Of a stretch of DNA of 64,000 bases, positions 40,790 to 48,275 are shown piece after piece. The notes beneath the pieces are model-generated. The model was not told the DNA's origin, made no database searches, and saw only the letters and a list, made by a program, of their open reading frames with translations. The first letter of the stretch is position 1, and every line of letters begins with the position of its first letter. Origin of the DNA: a virus; IMG/VR virus record IMGVR_UViG_3300050821_002122, positions 64,001-128,000 of that record; one strand, given 5' to 3'. Position numbers and translations under genes: made by a program.

Positions 40790-41055
40790 TTTGCGTCCTT
40801 CCACTTAGGAATCACTGGCTGACTGTCTGGTACGTCTATGATCGGTACTGGTATGATATCCGACGTAAAGCAGTGTATCCGAGTGTCGAGGATGTCACAA
40901 TATTCGAGCATCGCTCGTCGTTGATGTACCAGGTGCGACAGATCGCGTGCGCTCAAAGCCTTAGCTGAATCGCCAGCGAGGAATGCGGTCAACGCCGTAA
41001 GCTTGGTATGCAACTCGTCACGTTCTTTTACAACTCGTTCTTGGTAGGCTTCCAT
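40786..41055 (-). CDS. Conserved phage helical-hairpin protein
   Basis: YQERVVKERDEL..KL..L..F......L...Q..AM..Y..IL..RI pattern. Confidence 0.65.
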   Translation of the reverse strand: MEAYQERVVKERDELHTKLTALTAFLAGDSAKALSARDLSHLVHQRRAMLEYCDILDTRIHCFTSDIIPVPIIDVPDSQPVIPKWKDAK

Positions 41056-41453
41056 TATTCGCTCCTGTGGATGACGGTTTGATCTTCGAGGCTAACTACC
41101 CGAATGCCGATATTGGCATGTGTGATGATGCACGGTGGGCGTGACCGCAGCATACCATCTGCTCTATCTTGATCGAGAACAGCAAGCACATGGTTGACCA
41201 CTATCTTCACCTTATCGAGTTGTTCAGGGTCCAAAGGCCACAGTGCAGGAGGCATCGGATTGAATATAGAAACCAGCGCCTGGTTCGGTACGCTGATTTT
41301 CTCCATATGAATACGACCACCCGAGATTGCACCCATCTCAGACACTTTGTACTGAAGGTAGTCTTCTGCATACAGGTGATGGACCGCCTGCATATCTTCT
41401 GCTGTGGGTATGTCACCAGGTTTACCCATGGTGATGTGAATGAACGTCCGCAT
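41055..41453 (-). CDS. Hypothetical protein
   Basis: Tightly packed ORF; ATG at 41453 follows upstream stop. Confidence 0.45.
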   Translation of the reverse strand: MRTFIHITMGKPGDIPTAEDMQAVHHLYAEDYLQYKVSEMGAISGGRIHMEKISVPNQALVSIFNPMPPALWPLDPEQLDKVKIVVNHVLAVLDQDRADGMLRSRPPCIITHANIGIRVVSLEDQTVIHRSE

Positions 41454-41454
41454 G

Positions 41455-41700
41455 TTATTCTCGCGTTGTGATAGTGAATGGGATGTGTGGCATTGGCTGC
41501 TGTCGCTCCTCAATTACCATAATTGGATTGCGTGCTTGGATGTTGCGCAGCGCAGTTGCCATGTATTCGGCAGAGATAAGTTGGAACCGATTCAAGCCGA
41601 CATACTGGGTGGTGAAGCCTGCGTCAGTAAGCGCTTTATTTATCAGTTCAACCAAAATATGTTTGCCTTCACCGGCGATACCTTCGACTATGACTTTCAT
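41455..41700 (-). CDS. Small protein with P-loop-like N-terminus
   Basis: VIVEGIAGEGK. Confidence 0.45.
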   Translation of the reverse strand: MKVIVEGIAGEGKHILVELINKALTDAGFTTQYVGLNRFQLISAEYMATALRNIQARNPIMVIEERQQPMPHIPFTITTRE

Positions 41701-41707
41701 GGTTACC

Positions 41708-42091
41708 TCAGAGTAGGAAACAACTTACTTGATCGATGATACGCTCACCATCCCATTTCAACACGTAGAGACAATTGGCTGGGAGCAAAAGTTCATCCGA
41801 AGTGAAATACGCATCAGTGATGAGGTGCATGCCAAACATGGTAGCTACATACCCGGTAAGAACTTCCTCACGGCTTCGGGGCTCGATAGCCACTATGAAT
41901 CCATCGCTACCCATTACTGACCCGTAGGTCTTGGAGCCAAAGGCAACCACAATATCGCCTTTTGTTTTCTTGGTTAGCGACTGGTGCATGGATGCCAACA
42001 ACTGAATCGAAAATGGTAAATCGAACTTCGGCTCAGTTCCAGTAGATTGATCGACCAAGCTAAGGATTGATTTGATGTCTTCGGTTTTCAT
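41708..42091 (-). CDS. Hypothetical protein, paralog of 37419-37814
   Basis: IEPRSREEVLTGYVATMFGMHLITDAYF versus IDPYGEKEIVDKGVMAVLFGMDILTPAFY. Confidence 0.6.
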   Translation of the reverse strand: MKTEDIKSILSLVDQSTGTEPKFDLPFSIQLLASMHQSLTKKTKGDIVVAFGSKTYGSVMGSDGFIVAIEPRSREEVLTGYVATMFGMHLITDAYFTSDELLLPANCLYVLKWDGERIIDQVSCFLL

Positions 42092-42411
42092 TAGACCGCC
42101 ATAGGCGCTTTGATAGCCGCATGATGTTTATAGTTCAGTAGATGGATATCGTTTGGAGCAAGTCCGCTGACTAATTCATCGAGCGACAAGATTGTAGCCC
42201 CAACAGGAACCACTATATCGAGTTCGGGCGGATCGAATGGCTTCCGGCTCAACTGTTCTTCCACCTGATCCAAATGGTTCACGTAGATGTGGGTATCCGA
42301 TAGGAACATCGTCAGCGTTGCTGCGGTGCGGCCAGTCCAGGCAGCGAATAGTCCCAGCAGCAGTGCATAGCCGGCGATGTTGAATGGTGCGCCCAAAAAT
42401 AAATCTACTGA
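42091..42411 (-). CDS. thyA: Thymidylate synthase, exon 2 (106 codons plus stop)
   Basis: Begins TCA GTA GAT (SVDLFLGAPFNIAGY); DTHIYVNH; ends IKAPMAV. Confidence 0.93.
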   Translation of the reverse strand, partial: SVDLFLGAPFNIAGYALLLGLFAAWTGRTAATLTMFLSDTHIYVNHLDQVEEQLSRKPFDPPELDIVVPVGATILSLDELVSGLAPNDIHLLNYKHHAAIKAPMAV

Positions 42412-43541
42412 CATTATGTTCGATGTGGTTCGCGATACCACACCCGCTAGCTTTGGGCCTCAGCTAACTGCTGCATGTTACCATGCAGAGCAGACTATAT
42501 CACGCTCCTACAAGGAGCCCTTTCTTTTCGAGTGCGCTTGCACCCTACTCTACTTGCTTCCGCACATGCGGGCTTTCGATAGTCGTTAGGCATTTAATCT
42601 ACATACGAGTAATCTGGATAATTCTTGGAACGAATACGATTTAGGATGGTTGCGGTAACTACACCAAGTTTTCTTGCTGCTGCTGTCATGCTTACGTAGG
42701 TTTTTTTACCAATTCGAACCCTCCGCGTGTTGGGAGGAAGTTTACCTTTGTTAAGCTCTGACAAAAGCTGTTTTGTTTTCTTGGTATGTACTTTACCAGC
42801 GAACGAATTCACGTAATCATCGGCAGCCACTCGTGCCAATGCTGATTTTCGATAATTTTCTCTGGCTTCAGGTGTAGTGATGCGCCCGACAGCCTTTTGA
42901 TTACCTAACATGGCATCTGAAAGAATCTTTCTAACTTTTTTAGTATGCGTGTTTCCATACATACCGTTAAGCTCACCAGGTCTGCCCCACGTTTCATCTC
43001 GTTCGTCTTGAGTCATTGCAGCGATGTTCTTATGCATTGTGGTTTTGATCTGCGCTATTATTTCAGTGCGCCTACCATTACGCGTAAGATTATCACCACC
43101 GACAGCGCGCATTCCAATAGTCAATGCTTTTTTATTTTGAAGATTTTTTCGTATTAATTTATCTTCAAGTTTATAAGCATCTCCCCTATCAAGTAGTTTT
43201 ACCACGGTAAAAGTCAGATCAGACGCACCATATTTATCATACAGTTTTTGTAACTTCTGATTTATATGGTCACCACTTGCCAATGCCTTAAGGTGGCCTC
43301 TCTTCCGCGCTCGCATGTTTTTTGAACTACCGTGATAGAATTTTCCAGTTGCTGCACTCGTTATTTTGTAAACACCGCATAGTATTTTCATGACACCTCC
43401 CATTTGGTAGCATCATTAAATTGTGTAGCTAAAAGCGATGTCTAGAATGTAGATATTTAGCACGGGATTGGGTCTGTGACCGTTCCCCGTTTAGAAAGGT
43501 TTGCTAGATAGGTTGCCCTATCAAGGCGCTCAGTGTATCGA
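42412..43541 (-). mobile_element. Self-splicing group I intron (T4 td-like, IA2), 1130 nt
   Basis: Exon 1 ends in U and intron ends ...GAACATAATG; core strings CGGGGAA, AATCCCGTGCTAAAT, TAAATGCCTAACGACTATC, GATATAGTCTGCTCTGCATGG; IGS ACTGAGCGC pairs with both exons. Confidence 0.93.
42594..43391 (-). CDS. Intron-encoded GIY-YIG homing endonuclease (I-TevI-like architecture)
   Basis: GVYKIT...KFYHGSS...R...H; NUMOD3-like basic repeats; C-terminal HTH; GGAGG SD before ATG 43391. Confidence 0.9.
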   Translation of the reverse strand: MKILCGVYKITSAATGKFYHGSSKNMRARKRGHLKALASGDHINQKLQKLYDKYGASDLTFTVVKLLDRGDAYKLEDKLIRKNLQNKKALTIGMRAVGGDNLTRNGRRTEIIAQIKTTMHKNIAAMTQDERDETWGRPGELNGMYGNTHTKKVRKILSDAMLGNQKAVGRITTPEARENYRKSALARVAADDYVNSFAGKVHTKKTKQLLSELNKGKLPPNTRRVRIGKKTYVSMTAAARKLGVVTATILNRIRSKNYPDYSYVD

Positions 43542-44165
43542 ACGCATGAGCATTGTCATATGCAAAGTGCCATCTGAGCGCGGCAGGAATTGGAAACTCA
43601 TGTGGCACGCAGGCAAAGCGATCTTATCGATTACCGCCGGATTCCACGCAGTGACGATGATGCGGCGGCTCTGGCTATTGTTCCGAATGTCATTCAAGGC
43701 GTTAGCCAATTGGTCGATACGTTGCTGGGCCACAATGCCGGTTTTGCCTTCCCAGACAAAATCAAATATGGGCATCAGGTGGTCCGGCAAGAAAGGTGCC
43801 TCAGTTAGAATTTGTGGCTGACCTGCCCAGTTACGCCACTGACTGCCGTAGACTGGTCCCAGATCGTCTACGCCTTTACGGTTCGGATTGGCCAACCACG
43901 CAGCGTTCTCGTTGGCGTTCTGATCCCAGACCTTACACCCGTTTGCCCTGAACTCGGCTGCTGATGTGGCGCCATTCAGGAAGCTGATGTATTCACCCTT
44001 GACTGAATCGAAGGCCAGCTTCTTGGTTGTGGTTGCTGGGAAGCCGTCGCGCAGATCGTAGCGCAGCATCTCACCTGGTGTAGTGATCGTGTCGATGCCA
44101 GTACGGTTGGGTTCACGCTGGCCGACGGTCAAAACGTGCTTCATCAAATCTTGGTAGTTTTTCAT
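43542..44165 (-). CDS. thyA: Thymidylate synthase, exon 1 (208 codons)
   Basis: NRTGIDT, GFPATTTKK, LGPVYGSQWR, SRRIIVTAWNP, LPACH; ends at ...MR; spliced product 314 aa. Confidence 0.95.
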
Positions 44166-44190
44166 TTTTGCTTCCTATTAATGAATATCG

Positions 44191-44229
44191 AAAAATACGG
44201 AGGTGGAATCTTGTGGTATTCCACCTCCG
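44191..44229 (-). terminator. Intrinsic terminator
   Basis: Perfect 12-bp stem cggaggtggaat/attccacctccg followed by tattttt on minus strand. Confidence 0.8.
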
Positions 44230-44236
44230 CTTTCTG

Positions 44237-44461
44237 TTACAGACCGTCGCCTACGCCCTCCAGGGGAATCAGCGCACTTGGGTAAAACAGGCCATCGGCA
44301 ATCTCAACTGCGACACCATGTTGCGTGCCATCCGCACCAGTGAAATAGCCGTAAAGATTGCCCTGCTCATCCCGGCGAATGAAGCCCACATGACGCACGT
44401 TGTTGGCATGCCATTCGTATGCACCCACACCAGTTACTTCCGAACCTTTAAGACCGACCAT
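44237..44461 (-). CDS. Small beta protein, paralog of C-terminal part of 45015-45413
   Basis: G.GAY.W.....RH.GFI.RD..G.L.G.F..ADG shared. Confidence 0.6.
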   Translation of the reverse strand: MVGLKGSEVTGVGAYEWHANNVRHVGFIRRDEQGNLYGYFTGADGTQHGVAVEIADGLFYPSALIPLEGVGDGL

Positions 44462-44462
44462 T

Positions 44463-44666
44463 TTATTCTCCTTGAATTGTTACCTCGTCCCATTTGGAAC
44501 GACAGGCGTCTTCGATGTAATCCAAAATTTCTTCCAACGACATACGGTCATCAAAACAGCAACCATATCCTTCAGCACAGCCCATATACTTCGCCGTAAA
44601 ATGCCAACTGTTATACTCAAGAGTCTTGCCCGCAAGTAGCAACTGCCTTGCCTTCGCCCTGTCCAT
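44463..44666 (-). CDS. Small Cys-containing hypothetical protein
   Basis: gaaggtga SD before ATG 44666; abuts next gene. Confidence 0.55.
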   Translation of the reverse strand: MDRAKARQLLLAGKTLEYNSWHFTAKYMGCAEGYGCCFDDRMSLEEILDYIEDACRSKWDEVTIQGE

Positions 44667-45025
44667 GACTCACCTTCTTTTTTGTAGATACCACGAGTTG
44701 TCCAGTCAAACTTACGATTGTACGGCTGCAGGTCAGCCTTATATGCTGCCCACACGGCTTTGCGTTCGGCAGCTTCTTTTTCTTGCTTAACCACAAGTTC
44801 GTTATACTGAGCGTCAGCAGCAGCCTTTGCTTCGGGTGTTGCCAGCATGCGTCGCGCGATGCCCATACGTGTGTTAGCAAGATACAGGCTATCTGCTAGA
44901 CCACAACCTAACGCATTCAACGAAGCATAGCCTAACGAATACGGCACACCATAGTGATGCATGTGAACGCGGTTACGATACGCCCAGTAGGCTTTCGACA
45001 GGTAGCGTTGGTGCTTACGTTTCAT
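44480..45025 (-). CDS. Hypothetical protein; C-terminal ~60 codons overlap the next gene
   Basis: Helical N-terminal two thirds look protein-like; 3' end uncertain. Confidence 0.4.
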   Translation of the reverse strand: MKRKHQRYLSKAYWAYRNRVHMHHYGVPYSLGYASLNALGCGLADSLYLANTRMGIARRMLATPEAKAAADAQYNELVVKQEKEAAERKAVWAAYKADLQPYNRKFDWTTRGIYKKEGESWTGRRQGSCYLRARLLSITVGILRRSIWAVLKDMVAVLMTVCRWKKFWITSKTPVVPNGTR

Positions 45026-45413
45026 TGAAAAACTCCGTCATACTGATATGAAAGAACAGACCTTCCGCAAACGTACCGTCACCGTAGTCCAAGATAATGG
45101 CACGCACGCTACCGTCTGCTGCCACGAAACTACCGCTCAGGTAACCACGCTTGTCGCGTTGAATGAAACCCAGATGTCGCATGCCTTGATTTTGCCATAT
45201 GTAAGCACCTTCGCCCACTTTATCCGCAGTGATACCCTTCATTGTTGCCTCCAAGATCTTCGGCTTGAACGAATCGCAATCTTGGCCGTCATTGGCAAGA
45301 TTGAACGTGTACTTGAACCCGCTAGCTGTCTTGTCCTTCCAGCAGCCGAGGCGCACACCAACCGCACTACAGTTTGGATACGCATGCACGCAGGTACCGC
45401 AGTTCTTGGTCAT
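45015..45413 (-). CDS. Cys-rich N-terminal domain fused to paralog of 44237-44461
   Basis: ATGA overlap at 45410-45413; internal GGAGG plus ATG at 45242. Confidence 0.55.
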   Translation of the reverse strand: MTKNCGTCVHAYPNCSAVGVRLGCWKDKTASGFKYTFNLANDGQDCDSFKPKILEATMKGITADKVGEGAYIWQNQGMRHLGFIQRDKRGYLSGSFVAADGSVRAIILDYGDGTFAEGLFFHISMTEFFNET

Positions 45414-45733
45414 AGGTCCGCCATATAGATAGCTGACGGACGCATGCTGATCCTGTAGTCGCCGTCGTAGACATTGAAGTCTTCGACTGGGCCATCGTTG
45501 ACTGTATCGGTCTTCAACACATAGTGAACCTGACAACCAGCAATCGTTGTGTTGCCGACCTGCATGTACCAATTGGCGGACTTACCGTTTGGCCTGATAC
45601 CCAACGTATCCTCGGCTGTGCAGACACCATTTAGGGTGCCGAAGATAGCTCGGTACTGTTTGCCGTCAGCACCATAGAACCAGCTGTCTACGGTCACCAG
45701 AACTTTGTCACCAACCTGAGCGTTAATCATCAT
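45410..45733 (-). CDS. Conserved phage hypothetical protein
   Basis: WFYGADGKQYRAIFG...NWY..VGN..IAGCQVHY. Confidence 0.6.
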   Translation of the reverse strand: MMINAQVGDKVLVTVDSWFYGADGKQYRAIFGTLNGVCTAEDTLGIRPNGKSANWYMQVGNTTIAGCQVHYVLKTDTVNDGPVEDFNVYDGDYRISMRPSAIYMADL

Positions 45734-46260
45734 TGCACCATGAATGGTATGTGGAAGTGCTTCAGAGCCAACTCAACCTGCAGAGTGGACCAATCGAAAA
45801 GCGGGTACACGTATTGCTGACCATGTTCACCCAGTTCGAGGTACATGGGCATTTGTTCGATTGGCCACTGTACACCCCTGACGTCAAGCGTCTTACCTGG
45901 ATGGCGATCCATACGCAAACCACTGATGCACGTAATAAGACCCATTTCTTTAGCGTCAGCAGCCGCAGGCGCCGAGTAGTAATACTGCGTCAGCGTCTTG
46001 GTAAGCTCAGGCGCAGTAACACCAGGTTCGATGTTGAATACAACCGGGCATCCGATGCTGGCCTCACCAAGCAGTTCCATTATAAGAGTCGATGAGCGGC
46101 CACCGCTGTGTGCAACGTAGAGGCTATCACGGTCAAACGGGATTGCCTTCAATCGCTTGATGGTTTCTTCGATCATACCTGGTACAGTGCCGGTCATGAA
46201 TGCCAGGTATTCAGGAGTATGGCCTTGAGCAGCCAAGTAGCGGTCATCGATCAGTTGCAT
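45730..46260 (-). CDS. Degenerate PP-loop (PAPS-reductase-like) protein
   Basis: VAHSGGRSS (Asp of SGGxDS lost) and YPLFDWS; paralog of 51781-52371. Confidence 0.6.
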   Translation of the reverse strand: MQLIDDRYLAAQGHTPEYLAFMTGTVPGMIEETIKRLKAIPFDRDSLYVAHSGGRSSTLIMELLGEASIGCPVVFNIEPGVTAPELTKTLTQYYYSAPAAADAKEMGLITCISGLRMDRHPGKTLDVRGVQWPIEQMPMYLELGEHGQQYVYPLFDWSTLQVELALKHFHIPFMVQ

Positions 46261-46441
46261 TGTCGTCTCCATCGTATGGTGGTGGGGTTTGGGTCTGCGT
46301 TTCTCCACACATGGGACAACCGTCCTGCGTGTAGTGAATGTTGTCCACAGTTTGGATATGTGCAGGGTACCAATTGCCGCACAAACACTGTGCTACAATC
46401 TGAGGTTTATCTTTGCATGCCTTCCAGTCCAAGACCATCAC
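46244..46441 (-). CDS. Small Zn-ribbon protein
   Basis: CLCG...CPMCG. Confidence 0.5.
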   Translation of the reverse strand: MMVLDWKACKDKPQIVAQCLCGNWYPAHIQTVDNIHYTQDGCPMCGETQTQTPPPYDGDDNATDR

Positions 46442-47124
46442 GTTGCTCCTTTGGTTTGCTCCACCATACGGTAGAATTCTTCTTTTAGGGATTTGTCGGT
46501 GCGCATTTCACCACGCATCACGGAGGTGACCATACGACTACCTTGATCCTTCACACCGCGGTGGCCGCAGCACAAATGATTGCCCACGACCATAACGGCC
46601 AGACCTAATGGTTCGGTCAACGCCTCCAGCTCATTAGCTATCTGATCTGTAAGTTCCTCCTGAATTTGCGGGCGGCTTGCTATATGAGCCACGATGCGAT
46701 GGAACTTGGAGAGGCCGATCAGTTTGTCTTGAGGTAAGACACCGATGTAGGCCTGTCCGGTAATAGGTACCAGATGGTGGGCACATGAGCTACGCATATT
46801 AATGGGGCCAACGACGTATAGCTCATCGACCTTATTCACGTTAGGGAATTCAGTGACATCGGGCATCGGAACATACCGACCGTTGAAGGTCTCCAATACC
46901 AGCATCTTGGCAAAGCGACGAGCGGTATCTGCCGAGTTATGATCGTTCTTCGTGTCGATGACCAGCGACTTTAGCACTGCCTGCATTTTGGTAGCAACCT
47001 CATCGACCAACAGTGGTATGTCTTTCTCATCGATTGCCGACGAGATGTTGTCGTTGCTGAAGAACCGCATTTTACCTGCTGCGAGTCGGTCACGAATAAC
47101 ATCACTGATTGGTTTGATTTTCAT
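46438..47124 (-). CDS. folE: GTP cyclohydrolase I
   Basis: SSCAHHL, LIGLSKF.RIV, RPQIQEELT, HLCCGHRGV; ATGA overlap with queE. Confidence 0.95.
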   Translation of the reverse strand: MKIKPISDVIRDRLAAGKMRFFSNDNISSAIDEKDIPLLVDEVATKMQAVLKSLVIDTKNDHNSADTARRFAKMLVLETFNGRYVPMPDVTEFPNVNKVDELYVVGPINMRSSCAHHLVPITGQAYIGVLPQDKLIGLSKFHRIVAHIASRPQIQEELTDQIANELEALTEPLGLAVMVVGNHLCCGHRGVKDQGSRMVTSVMRGEMRTDKSLKEEFYRMVEQTKGAT

Positions 47125-47909
47125 GCGATCCCCAGAAAAATATGTGCTTGAATACTGACGTTGATAGAGTGCTTCAGTGCGTAGGCTGCCGCGTATTGGA
47201 AGTTTGCTGCGGTCTGTACTTTGTCCACCAAGCCGTCTTCCCAGATGGAAGAAACTTCGCCCATGTACGCCTTCTGATAGATCACCATAGGTGACACGTA
47301 TATAGGCTTGTGGCTTTCTAGCGCCCAATCAGGAACCTCATGATGCGGGTTGTCTGGATCAGCAGATATAACAAACTTAAGGCAGTTAGCCCACCAGAGG
47401 ACGTCGTTGTTGATTTTCGGATACTTGCCAGTATTGACATTTGCTTTAGGCGAAACAACCGATACGAAACGTTTGGTCATCTTGCGACGCACTGCCTCCA
47501 AGTAGAACTTGGGCTGCGTACCGTTGGTTTCCAGTTGGATCGTCTCGAACATCGGCTCTGCCAAAACGATCAGATCGAGTAACGCCAGTTGCAACGTTGG
47601 TTCTCCGCCTGTGATGACCAGTATCTGTTTCTTGTTGTAGCCCTGGGTCATGATGAAGTCTAGCAACTCCTGCGGAGTGTAGGCATTAGCAGTATCGAAC
47701 TGGAAACTGGTATCGCAGAAGTGGCAGAAATCAGTCTTCGATCCGTAGTTGCAGCCAGCTAGGCGCACGAACATAGCTGGACGGCCCACCAAAGGACCCT
47801 CACCTTGATGCGTTGCGAAGACAGACGAAACCAACAGGCGACCATCCAGCGCCTTGTAATCTCGCGCAGATACATTGCGATCTGCGTTTTGGGGAATAAT
47901 TGGGATCAT
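47121..47909 (-). CDS. queE: 7-carboxy-7-deazaguanine synthase (radical SAM)
   Basis: QGEG..VGRPAMFVRLAGCN, CX8CX2C cluster motif, ITGGEP, ETNGT, VSPK. Confidence 0.9.
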   Translation of the reverse strand: MIPIIPQNADRNVSARDYKALDGRLLVSSVFATHQGEGPLVGRPAMFVRLAGCNYGSKTDFCHFCDTSFQFDTANAYTPQELLDFIMTQGYNKKQILVITGGEPTLQLALLDLIVLAEPMFETIQLETNGTQPKFYLEAVRRKMTKRFVSVVSPKANVNTGKYPKINNDVLWWANCLKFVISADPDNPHHEVPDWALESHKPIYVSPMVIYQKAYMGEVSSIWEDGLVDKVQTAANFQYAAAYALKHSINVSIQAHIFLGIA

Positions 47910-47918
47910 GGTAATTCC

Positions 47919-48275
47919 TCAGTAGATCATTTTGTGATGGTCCTTGGTCTCGGCCAACTGGATACCATCGGATTTTGATTTGACGACTGCAGGTTTAAGT
48001 TCGCGTATGAAGCCCTTTATGAGCATAACCTCTGCATCGCGCTTCGGACGTACTGTTGACCGCATGTATAGACCTCGCGCATAAACAGCATCGCAGATCG
48101 GGATACCACAGACCTTCAGAGTGTCAACGTGATCGTAGATATATACATCGTTCGGTTTGCCAGCTTTGACCCAAGCATACACTGACTTGTAGGTCTCCTT
48201 GTCGATCCTGCCAAAGATCAGGCCACCTACTCGGCGTTTGACCTTACAGGAATTTGCGACTATGGAATTTTTCAT
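47919..48275 (-). CDS. Hypothetical protein within modification cluster
   Basis: 118-aa ORF between TGT-like gene and queE. Confidence 0.5.
   Translation of the reverse strand: MKNSIVANSCKVKRRVGGLIFGRIDKETYKSVYAWVKAGKPNDVYIYDHVDTLKVCGIPICDAVYARGLYMRSTVRPKRDAEVMLIKGFIRELKPAVVKSKSDGIQLAETKDHHKMIY

Noticed and set aside
43530-43541. thyA as a truncated pseudogene ending MRSIH-stop
   Set aside because: The stop lies in the intron; splicing restores a full-length frame
42091-44165. Thymidylate-synthase homolog as dCMP hydroxymethylase
   Set aside because: Spliced protein keeps the dUMP-specifying Asn (PFNIA) and otherwise canonical ThyA motifs
44480-44666. Functional dual-coding overlap of the 181-aa and 67-aa ORFs
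   Set aside because: Could simply reflect a lost stop or a sequence error in the longer ORF; nothing in the sequence supports function of its last ~60 codons
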